Both the position numbers and the translations under genes were made by a program. Positions 51,201 through 60,053 of a DNA stretch of 60,053 nucleotides are shown in pieces. Every line of letters starts with the position of its first letter. Position 1 is the first letter of the stretch. Source of the stretch: Trypethelium eluteriae. Lineage: Eukaryota. The stretch lies in the NCBI GenBank assembly GCA_051942245.1, contig JAVECL010000078.1, forward strand, positions 1 to 60,053, given 5' to 3'. Below the pieces are notes generated by a model. It was not told the DNA's origin. It saw only the letters and a list, made by a program, of their open reading frames with translations, and searched no databases.

Positions 51201-54200
51201 TTACGAACGATCTGGAAACTTCTTCTTGGCAGAAAAGCTCTACATCAACCTCTGGCGTCGTATCTCGGAAATTTGCCGCATTCAGACTACAATAGAGCTT
51301 CAGATTCTCAAAATCAACATCTCCATAGAGTATGTTCGGTTCTTGCAGCGGATCAAGCGTGTCGAAGAAGCTCAAAACATTCTGCTCTGCCTTTGGGCGG
51401 AGTTCGAGCATCACAAATGTGAAGATGAGACTCTCATCCTTCGGATCAAGGAGCTTGGTACTCTCTTCAAGGCCTTTGGCTTGCTTACGATCGCTGTGTC
51501 TATCTTTAGCAAGGTCTGGGGCTGGTTCAAGAGCAAGGGCAAGACGACCCACGAGGAAGCGTTCGCAACTACCATTCTCATCACTGAGGTCATTGAGGAG
51601 ATCGAGGAGACAACCGTCACCAAGAAGACGACATCCACCACGACTACTACTGTGACTGAAACAGTAGTCCAAGAGATCTATGAAACTCATTATGAGCGAT
51701 ATCGACATAGCAAGGTTGATAGCCACTTCTTCAAAGCCAGCCTCTCGTTGATCAGCATCTATCTATCGCAAAAGAAATGGAGCGAATGCGAGGTTGTGAT
51801 CAAGCGCTCCCTTGAACTCACATGGAAGGCTTTCCTAACCGTTGATGCCAAGATTACTCTATCCGGTACTTTTGTAAAAGAAACCATCCTAGTTGCAACT
51901 CAGCTTGCCATCTGCTACCATCATCAGGGATACTTTGAGAGGGCTGAGGAAATTTACCTTCGCATTTACCGAGCTTGTCTAGCATCTTTCGCTATCGACC
52001 ACGCCTGCGTTGCGGAGACATCCCATGTCTTAATTCGGTTCTACGAGGAGTATCACCGTCATGAAAGAGTGATCGAAATCTACACCGAGCTGTTACATGG
52101 TTATAGGAAGCATTGTGGTGCATCACATCACCTCACTATCAAGACTCTCTATGCTTTGGGATCCATTTGTCTAACGCTTGGACGCAAAGAGGCCTATGAG
52201 TACTATATCGAGATTGTGACCGTCCTGAACAAGGACAACAAGCACTGTCATCATGATGCATTTGAAGCAGCCATAATTATTTGCCGCTACTATCACGAGG
52301 AGAAGCGTTGGCAAGAGCTCCGCAACACCTGTGCCCTTCTCTGGGAGACGTTTGTCCACCACCACCATGAGTTCAAATTCACCGAGGAGATGATCATCAC
52401 ACTTTATGAACGTTACACTTATGTTCTAGAGTTCCACGCTAAGGTCGAGTTCTCCGAGCTTTACAAGCTTGCGGTGGAATACCGCGAGACTGTGACCAAG
52501 CGTTTTGGTGTTTCTGCTGCAATTGTCATTCAAGCTATGATGGCCATTGCTATAATCTGTGAGAAGCACGAGGAACATTATCACGAATCAATCACAATCT
52601 ACGAAGAAATCGTTAAGCGCACCAAGACAACGACCACGACCACGACCACGATTGAGGAGACGACTATCAAGACAGTTAAGACACGTTTATCTAAGATGTA
52701 CGTTACGGTTATTACCAGTGGCAAGTCAACCTCGACCCTTACTGTTGAGCGAGGTATTGCTATCTCCTTGGAGATTTACGAGCAGCTTAAACTTGAGTTC
52801 GGCTGCTGGCACGAGAAGACACTCACTCAACTTCGCGAGGTCGTCATTCTGTACCATAAGCATGGCAAGCACCAGTCGACTATCATCCGCATGCTACAGT
52901 CCGTCGTCATTGAGACCATTACCAAGGTGACAGAATCTATCACCTTGTATCATGCAGCGGCAACCATTGCTTCAATTTATCAGTCCGCAGGTCTAACGCA
53001 GTGCGGCCACGACCTTCTCCACCAACTGCGCCACCTCATTGTCCTCCGTGACATGGCTTCTTCTACGGAAATCACCATCTCGATTGGCAAGGTCTCTAAG
53101 GTCGCCTTTGTCTTCCTCATCGCCTTCGAACAAGCTCTGACCTCGAAGCCACTGCTTTCCTTCTCCGAGGTCATGGCCGACATCCTCCTCGAAGCTTATC
53201 TCTACGAGGAGTACACCCGCACCATCCAAACGTCGACGTCCATCGAAATCAAGCTCCAAATCGGTGCAGCCCTACACTCCTTCTGGCTCGCCCGCTCGCG
53301 CAACGCTCAAGCCGACATCCTCGCCCGCGCCCTCTTCACCCACTTCCACTCCGCCTTCAAATCCTGCCTCCACACCACCTCCGAATCCGCCAACTACACC
53401 TTCTTCCTCGCCCTCCTCACCACCCTCAGCCACCACAGCGACACCACGCGCTCCCTCGCCTTCGGCCACCTCGTCTGCCAAGCCGCAGAGTCACAAGCCT
53501 CCGCCCTACTCACCACCTCCTCCTTCGCCGCCGCCCACGACGTCGCCACCACCGCCTTCCATCTCATCTCACACCATCACTACTTCCGCAGCCGCGCCAG
53601 CATCCCACACGGCTACCGCCTCGCCGCCCTCCTCGCTGGCATCGACGCTCCAAACCGCCAGCCCCCATCCGACGCGCAGCTGCGCTCTGCCATGCTCAGC
53701 ACGTCGCGCGCGATCGCCAACGCGCTGCTCGCCGCCTGCCGCGACGCCGACATCGACGTCGCGGAGCTGCGGTTCGCAGACGTGGCGGGACTGGTGCGGC
53801 TGCTGGGCGCGCAGGCGAACTGGGGCGAGCTCGAGGCGCTGCTGGTGAGGCTGTGGCGGAGTCGCGAGGTGCATCGGAATTGGGACGCGGAGACGGTGCT
53901 GAGGCTGGGCAAGTGTCTCGTTCATGCGCATTATAGGGCGGGACATGTGGGGCAGGCGAGTGAGGTGGCGGATGTGCTGTGTTACAACCTGAGGAGGAGT
54001 CGCGGGTGGTTGGATCCCGAGGCGAGGGGCATGAGTCGGGTGTTGGCGGAGTTGTGGACGGAGCAGAGGAAGTTTGCGGAGGCGATGGGGGTGCATGAGG
54101 AGGTGTTGAGGGAGATTGATGAGGATGCGGAGGGAGCGGCGGAGAAGGGAGTCGATAAGAAGTTGGTGGGTGAGTTTTTGGATCTGCTGAAGGGAGATTA

Positions 54201-54522
54201 TGTGCGACTGGGCCGATGGGATAAGGGTGATCGCGGGTACACGGAGTTGGTGCAGAAGCTCAGCAACAAGTACGGAGTAAAAGTTGCCCCTGGAATTGAG
54301 CAGTGGAAGCAGGTAAACAAGGAGCAGGTCGACAAAGAACAAATTGGAAGATACAAAGGGATTGGAAATGGGGAGTTCCGAATTGATATCACTGGGGCAG
54401 AACAGGAACAGAAGAAGGATAAGGAAGAGGGAACCAAAAAGCGAAAGAGTCTGATGAAGGCTGCAAAACGAAGAAGCTATGGCTTTGGTGCTGGATACTT
54501 GCAGGATCAGATTGTCTACTAA
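48292..54522 (+). CDS. Large NACHT-domain protein with a C-terminal TPR-like helical region (2076 aa)
   Basis: RAQGTCEWI, P-loop ITGASGCGKSML, Walker B IIVDGLDE, GSFLWAYL, RPLTVGE. TPR-like segments such as GYFERAEEIYLRIYR and GASHHLTIKTLYALG. One 6.2-kb ORF. Confidence 0.9.
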   Translation: MESPISRQSSHTSTPTKPDVAVAVNEVNVSDSDGSSQYAEAQTITQQPAITRKQTVTRTSSIQFTRVVETTRSIRRRIIQELDDVDDQYFDVTDHESYVEFISNERLIHMPRKGTEWDQVLKAAEFFGEQICAFGAHVSHFVPENRYVSDTALSSCWMLLELGHNNAAALHTTFDAFSEFGLLLSQSLQRREMFDATREIQEDLSDIFASLVHLVGEIAIYYRTRISRMSSLQTVSIDFHSAFGKSIDGIWRKKQHLWNHLWASKLGNKQDAYSIEQIRRNLGPIDKSAEALLYGRLADKADRAQGTCEWIQGHLLNFLRDDEKTFSITGASGCGKSMLATYMKERLRRPIGRVSYETLSHTFANDARSEATPIAFLKSMLSQLLERNVGDLQLYESLVKAFQGHPTTAKLESSLWEAFQVGLRAVQDQKSNIIIIVDGLDEVVGHEAAIHLHKRLHECVNRFDRVRAVTLSKPISHLGLAGCRHLVITPDHNERDITTHLHETLAQHQHFQSQAHAAQHEFVEKLVKKAKGSFLWAYLVGILLGRESSHDSYSKLGHDIHSGVHEVLHKVVGHVDLKNGTTRHMFEFMLAAHRPLTVGEMEEILSTDLQHHTFVSAVNIRKHIATHCFGLVIVRNGLIRFKHSAIRGFFLNEVCGKALVSLATAHTELTQRLLFYVKYNITASDEPSFEIPSPYVLEETFGKYSLLEYIVRNWIGHFRSSTLCGHNGEIKLTSTFKDIFPQSPYLGLLEWSCWQQQWSVSETIEHHHLTLQIRKACFGEKHRAVMQSTIIMGSIHRSVSSLIKAAEYFYHASIIGQVILHKFSTVVVTSTNYFLSCTETIEITKRTEIVTYRETMIRFKIEICKAKHGASSDQVIKWYEVLCKLYIDIKEEHKATALYKELYQIIVVRYGKNHGKARKISETIGGMSIVLKGGSDEEMKEYDDLIFVASEDMEETDQLRISIILRRCQNYERSGNFFLAEKLYINLWRRISEICRIQTTIELQILKINISIEYVRFLQRIKRVEEAQNILLCLWAEFEHHKCEDETLILRIKELGTLFKAFGLLTIAVSIFSKVWGWFKSKGKTTHEEAFATTILITEVIEEIEETTVTKKTTSTTTTTVTETVVQEIYETHYERYRHSKVDSHFFKASLSLISIYLSQKKWSECEVVIKRSLELTWKAFLTVDAKITLSGTFVKETILVATQLAICYHHQGYFERAEEIYLRIYRACLASFAIDHACVAETSHVLIRFYEEYHRHERVIEIYTELLHGYRKHCGASHHLTIKTLYALGSICLTLGRKEAYEYYIEIVTVLNKDNKHCHHDAFEAAIIICRYYHEEKRWQELRNTCALLWETFVHHHHEFKFTEEMIITLYERYTYVLEFHAKVEFSELYKLAVEYRETVTKRFGVSAAIVIQAMMAIAIICEKHEEHYHESITIYEEIVKRTKTTTTTTTTIEETTIKTVKTRLSKMYVTVITSGKSTSTLTVERGIAISLEIYEQLKLEFGCWHEKTLTQLREVVILYHKHGKHQSTIIRMLQSVVIETITKVTESITLYHAAATIASIYQSAGLTQCGHDLLHQLRHLIVLRDMASSTEITISIGKVSKVAFVFLIAFEQALTSKPLLSFSEVMADILLEAYLYEEYTRTIQTSTSIEIKLQIGAALHSFWLARSRNAQADILARALFTHFHSAFKSCLHTTSESANYTFFLALLTTLSHHSDTTRSLAFGHLVCQAAESQASALLTTSSFAAAHDVATTAFHLISHHHYFRSRASIPHGYRLAALLAGIDAPNRQPPSDAQLRSAMLSTSRAIANALLAACRDADIDVAELRFADVAGLVRLLGAQANWGELEALLVRLWRSREVHRNWDAETVLRLGKCLVHAHYRAGHVGQASEVADVLCYNLRRSRGWLDPEARGMSRVLAELWTEQRKFAEAMGVHEEVLREIDEDAEGAAEKGVDKKLVGEFLDLLKGDYVRLGRWDKGDRGYTELVQKLSNKYGVKVAPGIEQWKQVNKEQVDKEQIGRYKGIGNGEFRIDITGAEQEQKKDKEEGTKKRKSLMKAAKRRSYGFGAGYLQDQIVY

Positions 54523-54947
54523 TGATTGTTCTATTGCTTGCACAGGTGTTTGGCGAACGAAAAGGATGGATCGGATCGCATATATACTCCCACCACTGCA
54601 TGTCTGCATATTTCCTAGCCGTTCGATATCATCTAATAATTAATTCAATTTCTTCATTAAATTCTGATATTTTACCCTCTTTGAGCTCTTCAGAACCATG
54701 CCGTAGTTTGAAGTATTACTCCAAACCAATTTCCTAGAATTTATGTCTTTTCACGACAGCTGTGACATTATTGACAGTATGGGACGTATCTAATGGAAAT
54801 CCCATGTTGAGATGTAGGTTTTCTATTCTCTATACTAACAACTACACCGACGCCGACAAAATGCAAACGCCCTAAAATGCATGTGATGCTAAAACCAAGA
54901 CCCAGGGTATCTTATGATTCCAGAGGATTGGGATACTTCACAGCCCG

Positions 54948-56177
54948 TTACGTACCAGTGTACGTCCCTTGTCCCTGCGCTGCATGTTGCTCATCTCCAT
55001 TCATTTGAGGTGACATAGAATTGTGTGTCGGCTTTGGCTCATGATTTCCATTGACTTGAGTTCCATCTCTTGTGCCATTGTTGAGACCGTTCGTTTGTTC
55101 TGTTGCACTAGATCCAGTCGGACCAGCTTCTCCCGATTCGAGATCGCGTCTTTCCTTCTCATTTTGTTCACGGACATGGGTGGCTTCAGCGCCGTAGACT
55201 TCGTTGTGGTTGTTGGCAAACCACAGCAGGATGGTGCTTTGAAGAGGTCAGTCGCTGGTACAACGAAACAGAGAGGTTAAGATTTCAATACTAACCTGGC
55301 GATCGTGGCGAGAAGCCCCGGCCATAGCAGCATTGCGCTGGCCATGGCTCTCCCGCTATCTCTATACCTGAGCGGAGCATCTTTGCTTTTGGGTAATCCA
55401 GCCAGAACTTGAGGAGGAACTTGGCCGGGTATGGTTGCATGCCCTGTGACCACAATATACGTCATCGCAATCGCCGTTGCGGCACATGAGAAGCATGCCA
55501 ATATACCGCAGACCTTCCAAGCGATTCTGACCGGAACACTCTCTGCTCGCGCAGGCCAAAAGAGGTCGAAGAAGAATCCACCACCAAAGATAGTCGCAAT
55601 GTAGATACCGTTGAAGATGTTGTAGGACGCGATACCAATGAAGTCATTATTGAGTTCAGTAAAGCCCCGATGTGATAGATAATCCTCCTGCTGGACGTAA
55701 TCTGTTCAGCATCTGGTCAGCATAGTTCTTCGAATCTTCTGCTTCAATGATTATTGGATCGACAAATCTCAACGAAGGGTACCGCAAGTAACGATGGCGC
55801 GGCATGATCCCTTTGCAAAGGCAGGTCGGCTCGCTTAAGGAAGCTTGTAGTCTTGTTGCTTCAGGTCCAAGGAAGCGGCCAAAGCCAGTAAAGGCAAAGG
55901 TCATTCAGACGTAATCATTACCTCCTTCCAAAACATCTAAGGGGGAGAGAATCTCCACTGGAGGAAATAGTTGGGGCTTTGGAGGCTTTTTGGGCATAAA
56001 CCTACCCGACAAGGCATCTGTTCCCAGCGATTCAGAGACAACAGTCGTGATCATGGCCAATTGATAAACAACAAATTTGGTTCGTCGGAGGTGCCATTCA
56101 TTGTTCCACATGTAGCTACTCTTGAACTTGCTCCATTTCATTTCGGAAAGGTCGAGTCCCCATATCACTGGCGCCAT
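54948..56177 (-). CDS. Fungal membrane protein of unknown function, multi-exon
   Basis: Exon 1 MAPVIWGLDL...HLRRTKFVVYQLAMITTVVSESLGTDALS; later NNDFIGIASYNIFNGIYIATIFGGGFFFDLFWP; hydrophilic tail ending GTYTGT* (stop 54948-54950). Confidence 0.8.
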
Positions 56178-57456
56178 GTTCTCTGATGAGTATTTGGGTA
56201 CGGTTGTTTAGTCAAGAGGCAAAATCGAGAATAGAATCAAAGATCTGAGATTTCGATGAGTTGACTGTATGGGAAATAGGAAGTCTATGGGCTGGGGTTT
56301 GCGGATAAGGCCGGCAGATGACTGAGCAAATAGGATTGCAAGATAGCGAAAATGATGGACAACAATGCAGCTAGAATAGCGCAGTTTCAGGCCTTTGATG
56401 CAGAAAGGTGATGGGGTTTTGAAGCAACAGGGAAGTCCTCGCGAGGATACAGAACCAAGTTTGACAACGAAGACAAGTCCATGGTGGCACTTTCCTCAAA
56501 CTTAAGCAAAATGCTAAGCAACCGAATTCTCTCCGTAATCAATCAGCCAACTGTGCCGGCTGAGCACCTACCTTACCACTCTTACCCAGGCGCAAGGCGG
56601 CGAGACAGCCAGAAAAAGGCAGGCCACATGATTTCTTATTATGACGAGCCGGTAAGCTTTCGACAGGACCCATCGGCTTCACGATTACTGGCTGATGTTC
56701 CTAGCTTTTCCCATGCGGCTGCCGCCGGACCGGGCACGATGCGAGATTGTTGAATGACGCAGAGCAGGGAGAGCAGGGAAAGCAGAGAAAGCAGCGAAAT
56801 TTCTCCATCTGAGAGATTAGGGATCTGCATGGTCCATGTTCCGAACCGAGCCTTCGGAAGTAAATCCTTTTAGTGGGGGAGTTTGAGACGCGACTGCGCG
56901 TTGGAGCATGATGCAAGTGTTTGGGATACGAAGGGAAACCTCCATCCAAACCATCAAATGCAGAATACTCCACCACATAAATAAGGAGTCCCTTCCTATC
57001 CCGCCCAAATCAATAGTGCGCTCATGATGTCTATTTGACTCGGCCTGGCCATCGGCGATTGCAGGCGCAAACCATGTGAAATGATGGCTTGGCGGAAGCT
57101 TAGTGCAGTAGTAGTTACCTCGTTGCGGGATGACGTATTTGGCATGAGCGACCACCACAGCGAGGTCGGGGACTTGATGCGCGCCCGTTTCCATGGCAAA
57201 GTGCAGGCGCGTTGGCGCACCATCATCATCATCCCCACATCATCGCACATCCTCGTCTGCATCTGCCTACCTCGTAATCTACCACTCTACCACCCTACCA
57301 CCCTACCTGACCCAGCTTCTCTCTCCGTCGAGCTCCCAAGCTTCCAAGCTACCATCACCTGTACCCGTTCCTCTAACTCTAGCTTCTCTGCATTGCCTCC
57401 GATTACTCCATACTCTTATCAACACTCCCTACCTTGTCCAATAGAGTTCCACCAAG

Positions 57457-58934
57457 ATGAGGCTCAACTTTCTCTCCACCCTTGTCGTGGCTCTTGCTGC
57501 CGATGGAGTCGTTGCTAGCACTTGGTTTTCGAAGGCAGGTGAGTACACAATCTTCTCTCGTCTCCGTCGATGTGTTCTGGAAGGCTTATGAAGCTCTCTT
57601 CTGAGCTTCATAGGTCACAGCTGTCCAGAACCACCGGCTTGTTACTGTCCATGCGCCGATCTTCCAACCGGAAACGACCTTGGATTGCGTTTGTTTTCAT
57701 CAGTTTGATTCTTTGTCCCCACCTTGATGCTTATTCTCATCATTAGCATACAACAAGTGGCATCAGACTGAGCTCGAACGGTGGCTCTCGGACCATGACG
57801 TCCCCTACCCAACCCCTGCAGATCGCAAGGACCTTGAGAATCTTGTGAAGGAGAACTGGGATGCCAATGTTGCGACTCCTTATCAAAGCTGGGATACCAA
57901 ACGTCTACAATCCTACCTGAGCAGCAAAGGCAAAGAGGCCAAGAAGGGCACCGAAGAGAATAAGGATAGCCTTATTAGCCAGGTCCAGTCTTCCTGGCAG
58001 GAAACTGGTGACCAGGCTACTGAAGCTTATAACAGCGTAAAGGATTGGATCTTTGATACGTATGCCCCTTGCCGACTCTGTTACACTATTTTAGAAACAG
58101 TTTTGACTGACACTATGATTACGCAGCTGGACGGATTCTCAGCTCAAGGCTTTCCTTGACTATCACCAAATCCCCAATCCTACTCCCCGCACCCGTGATT
58201 CTCTCCTCAAGACCGTTCGTGAGAACTACTCCAAAGCTGCCGACAAGGCCGGTGAGGCTGCCTCATATCCCGGCAATTGGCTTTATCAATCTTGGTCCGA
58301 ATCAGATCTCAAACTCTGGCTTGACGAACGTGGCGTTCCTGTTCCTCAACCCCGCAACCGTGACAGGCTGATTGCCAGTGTCCGCCGCAACTCCCGCGTC
58401 GCTCAACGGCAATATCAAGATGCCATCGCGTCCGTTACTGATTCTGCCTCTGCCTCCCACCAAACTCTTACCGACGCACTCCTTGACGCTTGGAGTGACT
58501 CTCAGATCAAGGAATGGTGTGATGCGAACGGGATTAAGGTTCCCCAGGGCAGCAAGCGCAACGAACTGATCGCTCTTGCCCGCAAGCACCGCTCTAAGCT
58601 TCTAGCTGACTACAACGCTGCTGCCTCTTCCGCATCTGCATCCATTGGCGCCGCTACTACCTCCGCAGGCAACGAGTTCGCTAAAGCTACCGACGATGCC
58701 AGTCTCTTCGGCTCGGACATCGCTGACACTGTCAACGAGTGGGTCCTTTGGGCAAGGGAGCAAGTCGGTCTCGCACCATCGGGCGCAGCTGCAAGTGCCA
58801 AGTCCGCCGCAGAACAAGCACGGTCCAGCGCCAGCAAGGGAAGCAAGAGTGCCGGAAAGGAAGCCACCAAGATCACCGACAAGGTAGCAGACGCGTACGC
58901 GAGCGCTACAGATAAGGTCAAGGAGGAGTTGTAG
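57457..58934 (+). CDS. Ish1/Msc1-like stress-response ER/nuclear envelope protein
   Basis: Signal peptide MRLNFLSTLVVALAADGVVA; YNKWHQTELERWLSDHDVPYP; repeated W-S/T-D/E-S-x-L/I-K-x-W/F units (WTDSQLKAFL, WSESDLKLWL, WSDSQIKEWC); C-terminal KEEL*. Two introns (about 57539-57747 and 58059-58126). Confidence 0.88.
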
Positions 58935-60053
58935 AACAGCAGTCCCAACCCGGCACACGATGTCTTTGGTCAACGACGATGCGTTTGTTGTGGCCAGACG
59001 CTTCCGCAGCATGTCGTTGAATCTACGTCGGTTCAGTAAATGGCGATTTACGATACGGTGTGAACCAGCAGAGGAGGCGGTCGCCTAGTAGAGCTCTTCG
59101 GATTCGCAAGGATATGGCTTGGCTTCAGTGACGAGGTGGGCGACTTGCCACTCTTGGGTTGCAAAGGTGTTATGCATGAGACAGAACTTATATTCCCCCT
59201 TTCCCCTTTGATCCCACGATCTATCCCCCTTCCTAGGTGTGATAGGGCCGTACTCTACTGTTAGGCACGAGATTATGATTGTACTCTAGCTAGCACGGAG
59301 CAAATCAACGGTGACGATTATCCTATATAAATTTCGTTCCCATGCAGTGAATTAGATAAAACGTACGAAGAGCAATCAGTAAATCTGGTAAACATCGCTC
59401 GTTACACTTGGAAACATTCCAATCTGGATCACCATACCCAGTTCCACATTTTAAAAGTTAGCGGTGTCAACCCGGAACATCATCGCATAGAATCCCGCTT
59501 GACGTGCAGAAGTGTTCTCGGACAAACGCCTGAATTCACCAATTCTTGCACGCTAAGTCGCCCCTCAGAAGCAGGACCCGACTCAGGTCACAACGTTTGT
59601 TCATCAATTCGTATAGACCGTTGTCTGGAAACTAGCCGAGGTATTCAATGGAGTTACAATCAGGATATTCGCCAGCATCAGGTCCGCCTCTGAAATAGAA
59701 CAGGTTTAGAACCATGAGGAATGTGTTTACTTCGACATTTATGTTACTATGTTCACAGACCTGCTAACGGATGCAATCGACAGCCGCTGACTGGAAAAAG
59801 CACTGATTGCTTGCACAAGCTCTCTCAAAGATCCGCACAACGATCAAGTTTTCTGATACGACTTCGAGCCCACCCTATCCAAGAAACGGCAGCAGACCCA
59901 TGCCGTAGTGCCACCCAGTTGCAAAAACGCCGCGCTATGACGCCAAAAGACAAGCGTCTATAATATACAGGTATACACATTATCCCCCTTCTCTTCCTTC
60001 TCCCCGACATATCCCACCATCAACACCAAAGGCCACTCCCAACGTCCCAATTC

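Noticed and set aside
53264..54609. Pro-rich 194-aa ORF and antisense 346-aa ORF
   Set aside because: Shadow frames of the compositionally skewed NACHT coding region.
1..60053. CRISPR array, rRNA/tRNA genes, intact transposon or Starship captain
   Set aside because: I saw no spaced direct repeats, structural RNA signatures, or transposase, RT or recombinase motifs. A tRNA could be missed by eye.

Overview
This window is eukaryotic DNA from a filamentous ascomycete (Pezizomycotina-like): about 50% GC by eye, with short GT-AG introns and CTRAC-like branch points. From left to right it holds: (1) an NLR-like gene (two alpha/beta-hydrolase domains, NACHT, ankyrins) broken by two in-frame stops; (2) a P450 relic; (3) a compact candidate sesquiterpene cluster (two GMC oxidoreductases, an intronless class I terpene cyclase, a P450), followed by a PTH11-like membrane protein and a decayed Zn2Cys6 regulator; (4) a C2H2 zinc-finger gene beside an AT-rich relic; (5) an accessory-looking island with a frameshifted APH/choline-kinase-like gene, an unknown membrane protein, an intact but divergent intronless tyrosyl-tRNA synthetase paralogue, a divergently transcribed SAM-methyltransferase pseudogene and a GFA-family gene; (6) MTAP and a purine nucleoside permease; (7) a second PTH11-like gene and decayed FAD-oxidoreductase and SDR genes; (8) a 2076-aa NACHT protein, a membrane protein and an Ish1/Msc1-like gene. 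The best lead is the TyrRS paralogue, which keeps its tyrosine-binding residues but has altered ATP- and tRNA-side motifs. All calls come from reading motifs by eye. No searches were run, and exon boundaries are approximate unless stated.
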